DNA from: an uncultured virus (IMG/VR IMGVR_UViG_2889023381_000003)
Taxonomy: Duplodnaviria > Heunggongvirae > Uroviricota > Caudoviricetes
Reading direction: 5' to 3' (one strand)
Length of the DNA: 20,000 bases
Virus record (IMG/VR): IMGVR_UViG_2889023381_000003
Location: 54,662 to 74,661 of that record
Positions within the stretch are counted from its first letter, which is position 1. The number at the start of each line of letters is the position of its first letter. The position numbers and the translations under genes are program-made. Positions 1 through 8,065 of the stretch are shown piece after piece. The notes below the pieces were generated by a model, which was not told the DNA's origin, ran no database searches, and saw nothing but the letters and a program-made list of their open reading frames with translations.

Positions 1-866
1 ATCAGCGAGGCGTGCGGCGAGACGCGCTGATTCAGGAAAAGGTTGCGAACCTTCGGCTCCTCGGCGGGCATTCTGATCGCCTTGCGGATCGATGTCGCAA
101 GGTCCTCATAGTCGCGGAATTTGGCGAGTGCCGGATTCGCCTTGTGCCATTGCTTCTCGTCGCCCAGCTCGCACTCCTCATCGGCGGCGTAGAGATGGCA
201 GACGATGGCCGGATCGACGCCCGAGATTCCATCGTCGATCAACTTCGACATGATGTGCTCGGGATCGTTGCTCTGCGTCGAGATCACGATGAACAGCGGC
301 TCATCGCGAGCGCCGAAGGAAGTATCGAGCACGTCATAGAGGTCGCGGTTCTTCGCCTGGGCCAGCTCGTCATAGATCACGAGGCTCGGCAGATAGCCGT
401 GCTTGGTGCCAGCCTCGGCAGAGATCGCGCGATAGACCGAGCCGGTGCGCCGCGCGATCATGGTCTTGGTCGAGGGCACCAGCTCGATCATCTGGCCCAG
501 CTCGGGATCGAGATCGACCATCTGGCGCGCAAATTTGTAGACGATGGCGGCCTGATCCCGATCATTCGCGGCGGAATAAATTTCGCCGTGGACGATAGCC
601 TCGGGGCCGACCAGATGCGCGAGCACGATGGCCGCGATCAGCGCGGTCTTGCCATTCTTGCGCGCCATCGAGAGGATCGCGCGCCGCACTACGCGCCGCA
701 GCTTCAGCTGGGGTTCATAGACGGCGCGGATGAACAGCTTCTGGAACGGCTCCAGCTTGAAGGGCTCGCCTTGGCCCTTGCCCGAGGGCACGGTAAGTTT
801 CTCGATAAACTTGATGACCGCCGTTGCGCGAGCCCTGTCGCGCTTAGCCTGCGATGAGTCCTGCAA
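1..866 (-). CDS. terL: Phage terminase large subunit (Terminase_1/HK97-like), 5' part; runs off the window start
   Basis: Not in the ORF track; translated by hand from a probable TTG at 866: ...FKLEPFQK...SMARKNGKT (Walker A)...IYSAANDRDQA...LVIYDELAQ (Walker B)...VISTQS...WHKANPAL...LFLNQRV. Overlaps the end of terS. Confidence 0.95.
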   Translation of the reverse strand, partial: MQDSSQAKRDRARATAVIKFIEKLTVPSGKGQGEPFKLEPFQKLFIRAVYEPQLKLRRVVRRAILSMARKNGKTALIAAIVLAHLVGPEAIVHGEIYSAANDRDQAAIVYKFARQMVDLDPELGQMIELVPSTKTMIARRTGSVYRAISAEAGTKHGYLPSLVIYDELAQAKNRDLYDVLDTSFGARDEPLFIVISTQSNDPEHIMSKLIDDGISGVDPAIVCHLYAADEECELGDEKQWHKANPALAKFRDYEDLATSIRKAIRMPAEEPKVRNLFLNQRVSPHASL

Positions 867-1335
867 ATTTGCTCTGCGAATTGGTAGCCTGCGAGCCCGC
901 GCTGATGCGGCTGCGCGCCGCTGGCGTCAGGCCGAACTCGGCGGCGAAGCGCACCACATCGCCCGCATGCTTGCGCACGATGGAGACCAGCGGATTGACG
1001 GCGGCATCGCCGTACTTGGTCTTGATGATCATGCCGTTCATCAGCGGATCATTGCTCTGCATCCGCGCCAGCGATTCCGAGGCCATCCGCCATTGCCCGA
1101 AAGCGTGGCAGTAGCAGGCGAGCGCGGGGACATCGACTTTCGTCAGCAGGCCGAGCCGATGCAGCTCGGTCGCGGTGATCCACCACTCATCGGCGGCATA
1201 GCCGGTGATGAAGGTCGGCGGCTCGGGGACATCCGGCAGCTGCTCGGGCTGCGGCTCATCGTGCAGCTTGCGCTGGCCTGGATTCCCGCGCAGCAGCTTC
1301 AGATGCGTCGGTAGCGGTCGCTTGCCGGGTTTCAT
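844..1335 (-). CDS. terS: Phage terminase small subunit, P27 family
   Basis: MKPGKRPLPTHLKLLRGNPGQRKL...LACYC...NPLV...AAEFGLTPAARSRI are typical P27-family motifs. ATG at 1335 follows a purine-rich RBS; directly upstream of terL. Confidence 0.93.
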   Translation of the reverse strand: MKPGKRPLPTHLKLLRGNPGQRKLHDEPQPEQLPDVPEPPTFITGYAADEWWITATELHRLGLLTKVDVPALACYCHAFGQWRMASESLARMQSNDPLMNGMIIKTKYGDAAVNPLVSIVRKHAGDVVRFAAEFGLTPAARSRISAGSQATNSQSKFAGLIAG

Positions 1336-2083
1336 TTTCCATTCCTCTCTGTCGCTGGAGCGTGGGGATCGGTGCTGCGCCGTCGCTGTGCCGGTTGGAG
1401 CCAGCCATCGCCTGCTTCCCACGCACGCCGCGATACATGGTTGCGCCGCGCGCCTCGATTGCGCTGTAGGGCAGCGGCTCGCCGACGAGGCGAGCGCGAG
1501 CTGCCGGATTGAGAAAATAGATGTAGCGCAGCGTGTGGCCTTCGAGCGTCGGGCCGGTGCCGCGCCATCGCCCGCCCGTCGCCGCCAGATGCTGCAGCTT
1601 ATTGCGCCCGGTGATCTGGCTCATCTTGTGAATGATGCTGCCGTCCTCGGCGATGTGCAGGTCCTTGTTGATCTTGATCGCGGTGAGCAGGAAGCCCGCC
1701 GCGCGATAGATCGTGCCGTCGCCGCATTGGCAGGCATCGGCGAAGCTGATGATCCATTCGATATGCGGGTAGTTCTTCCTGATCATGCGCAGCGCGATGC
1801 CGAGCGCGCGGCTTTCCGAATTGCGCGGCAGCGCATCGGTGAAGGCGAGCCGGTTCAATTCGAGGAAGCCGTTCCAGCCGGTATCGCGGACCAGATGCAC
1901 GATGTTCGACTTCTGCAGGCTGGGCCCGAATTGCATCGCGCCCTCCAGCATGCCGTGCAGGAAGACGCCGAGCGACAGCTTCGAATTGCGAACGACCTTG
2001 CAGCTGTAATGGACGCGCCGGATCAGCGCGTCAGCATCGCGCTTGGCGATGGGGCGGACCTCGATCTCTTTCGCGCTGGTCAT
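1256..2083 (-). CDS. mom: Mom-family DNA adenine-modification (methylcarbamoylase-like, GNAT fold) protein
   Basis: Motifs HYS, LELNRL, LPRNSESRAL, IISFAD...GTIYRAAGF and YIYFL resemble phage Mu Mom-like proteins. Confidence 0.8.
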   Translation of the reverse strand: MTSAKEIEVRPIAKRDADALIRRVHYSCKVVRNSKLSLGVFLHGMLEGAMQFGPSLQKSNIVHLVRDTGWNGFLELNRLAFTDALPRNSESRALGIALRMIRKNYPHIEWIISFADACQCGDGTIYRAAGFLLTAIKINKDLHIAEDGSIIHKMSQITGRNKLQHLAATGGRWRGTGPTLEGHTLRYIYFLNPAARARLVGEPLPYSAIEARGATMYRGVRGKQAMAGSNRHSDGAAPIPTLQRQRGMENETRQATATDASEAAARESRPAQAAR

Positions 2084-2277
2084 TCGCGCCGCAGCACTTC
2101 AAGGGTCATGCCCGCGCCGAGCACGATGAGGCCGACGCTCTCGGGGATCAGCTTGCGGAAGTGATCCTCGATCCATCTGGCCTGCTCGCGGCTCAGCACC
2201 TGATCGCATTTCACGACCAGTCGGTCGCCCTCGCGCAGCTCCAGCTTTGCAATTTCAAATCTGGTGGTTTCGGTCAT
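2080..2277 (-). CDS. Small hypothetical protein (65 aa, MTETTRFEIAKLELREGDRLVVK...)
   Basis: ATG at 2277 overlaps the ParB-like gene's stop (ATGA), and its own stop overlaps the mom start (ATGA). Corresponds to the C-terminal part of track ORF 2080..2598. Confidence 0.7.
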   Translation of the reverse strand: MTETTRFEIAKLELREGDRLVVKCDQVLSREQARWIEDHFRKLIPESVGLIVLGAGMTLEVLRRE

Positions 2278-2987
2278 CGGTCGTCCTGGTACGCGCGGCA
2301 AATTTCCGCCAGCGCGTTGCCGTTCTGGTTTTTGTTTTCCGAGGCCTCGCTCGGCGGTCCGAGGATCGCCGACGCGCGCTCTATCGCCTTCGCGACCAGC
2401 TCGGCCTGCGTCTCGTGCAGGATGAAGGTCATCTGCTGGAAGGGCGAGCGCTCGCCGTCGCTGATAATCGGCATGCCGCCAAGGCCTTCGACGCCTATGC
2501 CCATCTCGCGCAGCTCGGTCTCGCTGAAGCCAGTCAGATCGGCGAGGCCGAGCGAGGCGAGGTCGTTCAATTCGACGCGCAGCAGCGCATCGTCCCACTT
2601 GCCGTTCTCGGTCAGCTTGTTGTCGGCGATCAGATAGGCCCGCTTCTGCGCATCTGACCAGCCGTGAGCTACCATCGTCGGCACCTGATCGATGCCCAAC
2701 TGCTCCGCAGCCAGCACTCTCCCGTGGCCAGCGATGATCGTCCCGGCTTCATCGATCAGCACCGGGATGGTCCAGCCCCACTCGCTGATCGAGGCCGCGA
2801 TCTGCTCGATCTGCTCCTCGGAATGCAGTCGCGCGTTGCGGGCATTGGGCACCAGCTCGCGGATCGGGCGGCGCGATACCTGATCCGCAGGCCAGTTCCG
2901 GGCTATTTCGGACGCTCCGAAATGGCTGTTTTTGTCGGGAAAAACGCCCTTTTTGCTCGACTGCTGCATTCCGGCTCCCATGGTCAA
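2274..2987 (-). CDS. ParB/Srx N-terminal-domain protein, with no fused methyltransferase
   Basis: LVPNARNARLHSEEQIEQIAASISEWGWTIPVLID...IIAGHGRVLAA...RAYLIADNKL is a ParBc signature. Start uncertain (2987, 2981 or 2969). Confidence 0.88.
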   Translation of the reverse strand: MTMGAGMQQSSKKGVFPDKNSHFGASEIARNWPADQVSRRPIRELVPNARNARLHSEEQIEQIAASISEWGWTIPVLIDEAGTIIAGHGRVLAAEQLGIDQVPTMVAHGWSDAQKRAYLIADNKLTENGKWDDALLRVELNDLASLGLADLTGFSETELREMGIGVEGLGGMPIISDGERSPFQQMTFILHETQAELVAKAIERASAILGPPSEASENKNQNGNALAEICRAYQDDR

Positions 2988-3189
2988 GCCCCTGAAAATG
3001 CTGCGGTTTTGGCGTTAAGAAGGATCTTCCACCCGGCAACGGGGTACCGATGAAAAGGGCCGTTTTGATCAATAAGTTAGCCTGGACCGCTTCCGCCTAA
3101 CTGCGTCAGGTTCGGAGCGGTATTTTCGGAACAACCCCATGATCGTATTGCCGAATTTGCAGGCGGAGAACTTTCGTCCTTGAGCGTTT

Positions 3190-3270
3190 TCTGAATGTGC
3201 AGGCGCTAATTTTGGAGCGCCGCCAGCGCTCGGACCCGTCTCGCCAACGGTTAGCGATCCTCCCCCCCGG
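3190..3270 (-). other. Candidate cos/packaging-initiation region
   Basis: Non-coding gap upstream of the ParB-mom-terS-terL operon. Contains a G-run (GGGGGGGAGG on the minus strand, 3259-3268) and short inverted repeats GAGCGC-N5-GCGCTC (3215-3231) and GCGCT-N8-AGCGC (3203-3220). The call is positional inference. Confidence 0.35.
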
Positions 3271-3497
3271 CCCGTGGCATATTATTCCCCCATGGTTTCA
3301 ATTGGTTAGATCGCATTCGGGGCACGAACGATGCGAATGCATGGTCAAATTCGGACTACCGGAAGGCCCCGACCGGGCCGAAACGGCCTGATCTGGCTCT
3401 CCTTGCGCCCCGTTCACTCGCAATAGAACTAACTTCCACGCAAATAGCGTCGCTGTATCAATGGCGTGTGGCGCCCTTAGCGGCACCCGATGGGGCT

Positions 3498-3737
3498 TCA
3501 GCGCGGGGCCGCCAGCTTGCTGCGGACCTCCTCGCAGCTCTCTGACACGCTGACGAACTTGCCATCGGTAAGGCCGATCATGCAGCGGACTTCGCTGGTG
3601 AAGAACTTGCTCTGCTGATCGCCTTCGCGAGCGCCGCGCAGGCTGGTCACCTGATCCGGGTTGATCTCGACCGGATACCCATCAGGGCCATGGAACGAGA
3701 CGAGGCGCAGCGCGGCAACGACAACAAGCTGGATCAT
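3498..3737 (-). CDS. Small protein resembling the FlbD-like family
   Basis: Pattern V-x-INPDQVTSL...C-x-I-x-LTDGKFVSVSESCEEVRSKL; co-oriented with the late genes. Confidence 0.6.
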   Translation of the reverse strand: MIQLVVVAALRLVSFHGPDGYPVEINPDQVTSLRGAREGDQQSKFFTSEVRCMIGLTDGKFVSVSESCEEVRSKLAAPR

Positions 3738-3813
3738 CTCGGTTCAGCAGCCCTTGCAAATGTCCGGTGGTGGCGGCTCAGCTGGCGGCAGCGCATCGAA
3801 CCGCGACTGCTTC

Positions 3814-4047
3814 CTATCGGTAGGCCCAAAAGTGCGGCAGGCAACCGCCCAGGCCCAGCACGCCAGCGAGCCACGTCACGATGGCGATGATGCACAGCAG
3901 GCCAACGATGATCTGCGCCCATTTGTAGACCATCGGATCGATGCTCCAGCCGAGGAAGCCGGTGATCAGCCAGCGCATCGCATAGGCGACCACGAAGATG
4001 ATCGCGAGATAGAGCAGCAGGCCCAGAAACGAGATCAGGATCGACAT
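3814..4047 (-). CDS. Small two-TM membrane protein, possible holin
   Basis: 77 aa (MSILISFLGLLLYLAIIFVVAYAMRW...) with two hydrophobic segments; GGAGG RBS upstream of ATG 4047; first gene after a terminator. Confidence 0.7.
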   Translation of the reverse strand: MSILISFLGLLLYLAIIFVVAYAMRWLITGFLGWSIDPMVYKWAQIIVGLLCIIAIVTWLAGVLGLGGCLPHFWAYR

Positions 4048-4060
4048 GCCGCGCCTCCAC

Positions 4061-4089
4061 AAAAAAACCGGCCTCAGTGTGAAGCCGGT
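4061..4089 (-). terminator. Intrinsic terminator upstream of the late operon
   Basis: Minus strand reads ACCGGCTTCA-CAC-TGAGGCCGGT followed by TTTTTT. Confidence 0.8.
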
Positions 4090-4162
4090 GAAAGCAATGT
4101 TGTGTAGCGTCTGGACACAGGGGCGAGTCACACTTCGAGCCGCACCTGCGCGCGTGAAGAGA

Positions 4163-4768
4163 TCACTCTGGAACTGGAAAATCAATTCCCGGCAGCGGCG
4201 GGAAGATGTGATGTGGACCTGTCTGGACCTCATTGGTCAAAATCTGTCGAAAAATATTTTGTCGCAGGCGGGCTCGAGCCTCGGCATAGGACATGCCGCG
4301 CCCTTGCTGCTTGGCTTCCAGCCGCCACGCGCGATAGGCCGAATTGAACCACGCCAGCTCGCCTGCGGCTTGCGCCTGCGCGATCCGCTGCTCGATGTAT
4401 GCGACCGCCGTGCGCGCCCGCGCGAGCACGGTGTCGTGCTCGGTAAGCGCAATGCCCATATGCGCGGCGACGTTCTCGACCTTGCGCTGCGCGGTCCTGG
4501 CGGTGGCTACCAGCAGGCCATCGTCGCCTCGCGAAAGGCTGGCGTTGACCTCGCGGCAGATCAGCCTCGCGTCGGTTTTATCCTTCACCCAGTACGCGCA
4601 GGTGATCTGCAATGCGGGCCATCTGCGGCGCAAGGCCAGCAGGCTGTGCAGCAGATCGCGCGAGCATGAGACGAAAGCACCTGCAGGCAGCGCGGCAACA
4701 TAGATCGCGACCACACCGTAGATCGCCAGATATTCCCGCACAGCTCCTCTCGGCAGCATCAGTGCCAT
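4163..4768 (-). CDS. Hypothetical phage protein (201 aa)
   Basis: Clean ORF with a GAGG RBS, co-oriented with the operon; family not recognised. Confidence 0.65.
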   Translation of the reverse strand: MALMLPRGAVREYLAIYGVVAIYVAALPAGAFVSCSRDLLHSLLALRRRWPALQITCAYWVKDKTDARLICREVNASLSRGDDGLLVATARTAQRKVENVAAHMGIALTEHDTVLARARTAVAYIEQRIAQAQAAGELAWFNSAYRAWRLEAKQQGRGMSYAEARARLRQNIFRQILTNEVQTGPHHIFPPLPGIDFPVPE

Positions 4769-4917
4769 CGGGTGCCTCGATCTTATGCGGTTTGTGACAG
4801 AACAGCGCAGATCAAAAATATTTCATCGGGAAAAAACGGCAATGTGCACAATGTGACACCGATCACGTTCACGCATCTGAGAAATCGCCCCAATCCGCTC
4901 ATCTAAGAAATTCTGCG

Positions 4918-5913
4918 ATGACGACGCTTGAGTTCGGGGTGGAATTGTTGAGTTCGGGTGGAATTGTCAGGGTTCAGCAGCAACTTGAGTTTGCCGACTT
5001 CGAAGTGCTGCGCAACGCCGTGCAAGATGCGCCAACACCAATGGACATCGTGCAGCTTGGGCAAGGCGAGATGGCCGGGACGCTGGCTCACCTGTCGGTT
5101 GGCTCGGTCGGCATCTCGACTGGCTCCTTCACGCGCGGCGTGCGTCAGCGCGGCGTTCTCAGCACGAACCGATGGACTTTCGGCATGCTGCTCGGCAGCT
5201 CGGCCTTGCTGCAGCATTTCGAGGCGACACCGGGCGATCTCATTGTGATCGCGCCCGACCAGGAACTCTATTCGCGCTTCATCAACGGCAACCATTATGC
5301 AACGACGCTCGTCGCGCCGGACGAGCTGTTCGCGTTTCTCGCCACCCAACCCGGTGCGCAGGATGTCGCGGCGTGGCACCAGCCGACTACGATGCTGGCC
5401 AGTGATCGGGCGACGACTGCTGCCAACGTCAAACAGATGTCGATGATATTGGCTGCGCTCACTGAACATGGGCCGAAGCTGTCGGTTGACGCCGCCGATT
5501 TTTTCAAGCGCAACATTCTGGAGCTGGTGACCGCGCCCGTGCGCGACACCGTCCGCTATAGGGGTGCGCGGGTGCTCGCGGCAGCAAAGCTGGTGCGGGA
5601 GGTGGACCGCTACATGATTGATGCAGGCTCCAGACCCATCCACATTTCCGAACTTTGCGCGCACTTCAGCGTGGGCCGTCGAACGCTGCATCGAGCTTTC
5701 AACGAGGTGGTTGGCATCTCGCCGATTGCTTTCATGCGCCGCAAGCGGCTCGGTGACGTGCACACTGTGCTGCTGACGGGCGGGCCTGACGCGACGATCA
5801 AGGATGTTGCAATCGAGCATGGCTTTATCGAACTCGGCAGATTTGCTGGCGCTTATCGACGGTTGTTCGGCGAGTTGCCATCGCAGACCTTGCGGCGTGC
5901 TCAACATCGCTGA
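4918..5913 (+). CDS. AraC/XylS-family transcriptional regulator (EutR-like architecture), moron-like
   Basis: C-terminal double HTH: ISELCAHFSVGRRTLHRAF...GISPIAFMRRKRL...IKDVAIEHGFIELGRFAGAYRRLFGELPSQTL. Oriented opposite to its neighbours, with an AT-rich upstream region. Start could be the TTG at 4948. Confidence 0.93.
   Translation: MTTLEFGVELLSSGGIVRVQQQLEFADFEVLRNAVQDAPTPMDIVQLGQGEMAGTLAHLSVGSVGISTGSFTRGVRQRGVLSTNRWTFGMLLGSSALLQHFEATPGDLIVIAPDQELYSRFINGNHYATTLVAPDELFAFLATQPGAQDVAAWHQPTTMLASDRATTAANVKQMSMILAALTEHGPKLSVDAADFFKRNILELVTAPVRDTVRYRGARVLAAAKLVREVDRYMIDAGSRPIHISELCAHFSVGRRTLHRAFNEVVGISPIAFMRRKRLGDVHTVLLTGGPDATIKDVAIEHGFIELGRFAGAYRRLFGELPSQTLRRAQHR
4928..4966 (+). repeat. Tandem imperfect duplication (20 bp + 19 bp)
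   Basis: TTGAGTTCGGGGTGGAATTG then TTGAGTTCGGGTGGAATTG; the copies differ by one G. Confidence 0.9.
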
Positions 5914-6116
5914 TACGCCCCCTTCATTTCGTAGACGACCGACACCCGCCAGCCCTTGAGCTGGCAATGCTCGCGGACCCTGCTGCGCGTCCACCTGCCG
6001 CGCTTCATGAAGTGCAGGATCGGCGCAGCCTCGACCACGATGTCATCCCAGAGCACGAGGCCAGCGACGAACTGCCTCGGCTTCGGTGCTCTGATCTGGG
6101 CGAGGACTTCGACCAT
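5901..6116 (-). CDS. Small hypothetical phage protein (71 aa)
   Basis: MVEVLAQIRAP...FVAGLVL...VEAAPIL...; follows the DUF6362-like gene after a GAGGGGG RBS; overlaps the AraC 3' end by 13 nt. Confidence 0.65.
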   Translation of the reverse strand: MVEVLAQIRAPKPRQFVAGLVLWDDIVVEAAPILHFMKRGRWTRSRVREHCQLKGWRVSVVYEMKGAYQRC

Positions 6117-6128
6117 GCGCGGGCCCCC

Positions 6129-6629
6129 TCAGAACACCGACACGCGGCAACTGCGCAGGCCTCGCGCGATGATGTCGCAGCCCTGATCGTGGCGCTCGCG
6201 CCATGTGTCGGCATAGCCGCCGCGCTTGGCTGCGATCCATCCGCTGTCGCGGTCCAGCGAGTGCGCCAGCGCCACCGCGTTGACAGCGCGCAGGAGATGC
6301 GCCAGCGGCGCGAGGTACTCGGCGGGCCAGCAGATCGCGGCTTCCATGCGCTGCACCTCGCGGCTTGAAGGCAGCAGCCGGATTCGGTTCTGCAGCGCCT
6401 GCGTCCGCTCCAGCTCGCCCTGCGCCTGCTGCGCCAGCAGGTCGTCCCACTCGTAGCAGTAGGCTGGCCACGCCGCCGATCCGCCGCCGCCCATCGGCAG
6501 CATCGCCAAGGTCCGCATCGCGTCGCACAGTCGGCGGCCGACATGCGGGCCGTTCCATCGCGGCGGAACCTCGTCCAGCAGCTCGGGCTGGAACTCTTCT
6601 TCGTTGATCCTGATCGCTGCTTGCTGCAT
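6129..6629 (-). CDS. DUF6362-like phage protein (possible late regulator)
   Basis: Pattern W...V..RL.DAMRTL..LP...WP...PS.REVQRMEAAI.W; strong GAGGAGG RBS; downstream of the helicase gene. Confidence 0.65.
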   Translation of the reverse strand: MQQAAIRINEEEFQPELLDEVPPRWNGPHVGRRLCDAMRTLAMLPMGGGGSAAWPAYCYEWDDLLAQQAQGELERTQALQNRIRLLPSSREVQRMEAAICWPAEYLAPLAHLLRAVNAVALAHSLDRDSGWIAAKRGGYADTWRERHDQGCDIIARGLRSCRVSVF

Positions 6630-6651
6630 CTCGTCCTCCTCGGTTCCATCC

Positions 6652-6801
6652 GCTCCAGTCGCCGGGGCGCACTTGGGGCTCCACTGCTCCAGTCGCGTAG
6701 CTAGTCAGCTCACCCCTTTAGGGGTGAGTGACTGGAGCACTGGAGCAAGTGCGCTGCTCCAGTGGTTGCTCCAGTCGTGCTCCAGTCGCATTGACTGGAG
6801 C
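6652..6801. repeat. Iteron cluster plus palindrome, probable phage replication origin
   Basis: GCTCCAGT forward at 6652, 6686, 6756, 6768 and 6779, inverted (ACTGGAGC) at 6731, 6739 and 6794. Palindrome CTCACCCCT-TT-AGGGGTGAG at 6709-6728. Lies just downstream of the helicase gene. Confidence 0.75.
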
Positions 6802-6805
6802 AAAG

Positions 6806-8065
6806 TCACGGTTCCACATCAGAAACCTCCACGAATTTTCGGCTGCGCCGCTGCTCGTCCAGGCGCTCGACTACCGTCAGGGAACCGGACGAAACCCACA
6901 CCTTGAGCAGGCCGATGATCTTGGCGCGGTCGGTCTTGTCGGCGGTGCTGAGATCGAGCGCCTTTGCGACAGCGACGCCGACCCAATCGGTCGAGCGCGG
7001 GTTCTCGCGCCACGTCCCGCCACGGATCACGATGGCGACCTGATCGAAGTCGCTGCCGGTCACGCCGGTGAGCGGATCGGGCCATTCCCAATGCGTGACG
7101 ACGCCGACGCTGTCGCCGCCCGCGGGGCCGTTCTCCAGCCAGACGCTTGCGAGCCGGAACCAGTCCGAAGCGACCACGGGCGGCGCAAGATTCGCCTTGT
7201 CGTTGAAAGCGCGGAAGAACAGCCGATGATTCTCGACACCAGCCTTCGCGCCGTCCTCCTCGCTCATCTGGTTGAGCGCCCTCGCCACGCGCGCCGCATC
7301 GGTGAGCGCCTTGGCTCCCCGGCTCGAATCGGTCGTCACCTCGGTGCCCGCTGGAGCCTTGCGGGTATGATGCACGAGATGGATGGCGCAGTTGGCCAGC
7401 TCGGCGACCCGGCTCCATTCCTTCGCGATCATGTCGATGGCTGAATTGTCGTTCTCGGAAACCTCATGGCAGCTGACGAACGGATCGACCTCCAGCACAT
7501 CGATGCCGTGCTCCCTGAGCTGCTGCACGAGGTTCTCGATCACGGGCCGCAGGATGATCGTGCCGCCGCGAATCTCCTTGGCGATCACCAGCGCATGATC
7601 GCGGCCCGAATTGACGAACAGCCGGTCGCTGATGTCATCCACCGTCAGGTGATAATGCTTCGCCGCCGCCTGTATCTTGCGCGTGGTCTCCTCCTGCGGG
7701 TCTTCGAGATTCCACAGCCAGACCTTGAGCCTGCGCACCGGCAGCACGCCGAGCAGATCGCGGCCAGAGACCATCGCCAAGGCTTCTGCAGCGATCAGGG
7801 ATGACTTGCCGATGCCGCCTGGCGCAATGGTCACGGTGAGAAATCGCCGCACCAGCAGCCTTCCGTAGAGCCATTCGCGCAGCGGGATGTTCGCAGGATC
7901 GGTCCAGATGTACGGCGCCGCAATGATGACGACGCGCTGCTGCTCGCCTTCCTCGGCGCGACCGCGCTTGCGGCGCGCATCATCGAACGGCACGATGATG
8001 TCCGCTGGCGAGAGCGTCTTGTGATCCTCATCCTCAAAGTCTGGCACAGCGAGCGCTCCAGACAT
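6806..8065 (-). CDS. AAA_25/RepA-like replicative helicase
   Basis: Walker A APGGIGKSS, NLED, Walker B LEVDPF, LVHHTRK, SRGAKALTDAAR and DKANLAP. Confidence 0.9.
   Translation of the reverse strand: MSGALAVPDFEDEDHKTLSPADIIVPFDDARRKRGRAEEGEQQRVVIIAAPYIWTDPANIPLREWLYGRLLVRRFLTVTIAPGGIGKSSLIAAEALAMVSGRDLLGVLPVRRLKVWLWNLEDPQEETTRKIQAAAKHYHLTVDDISDRLFVNSGRDHALVIAKEIRGGTIILRPVIENLVQQLREHGIDVLEVDPFVSCHEVSENDNSAIDMIAKEWSRVAELANCAIHLVHHTRKAPAGTEVTTDSSRGAKALTDAARVARALNQMSEEDGAKAGVENHRLFFRAFNDKANLAPPVVASDWFRLASVWLENGPAGGDSVGVVTHWEWPDPLTGVTGSDFDQVAIVIRGGTWRENPRSTDWVGVAVAKALDLSTADKTDRAKIIGLLKVWVSSGSLTVVERLDEQRRSRKFVEVSDVEP

Noticed and set aside
12..2164. Long plus-strand ORFs (12..857, 730..1314, 1205..2164)
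   Set aside because: Antisense shadows of terL, terS and mom, as expected in high-GC DNA; no motifs.
4903..5994. 363-aa minus-strand ORF
   Set aside because: Antisense shadow of the AraC gene.
6652..6801. CRISPR array
   Set aside because: The repeats are 8 bp, irregularly spaced and in both orientations; there are no spacers or cas genes.
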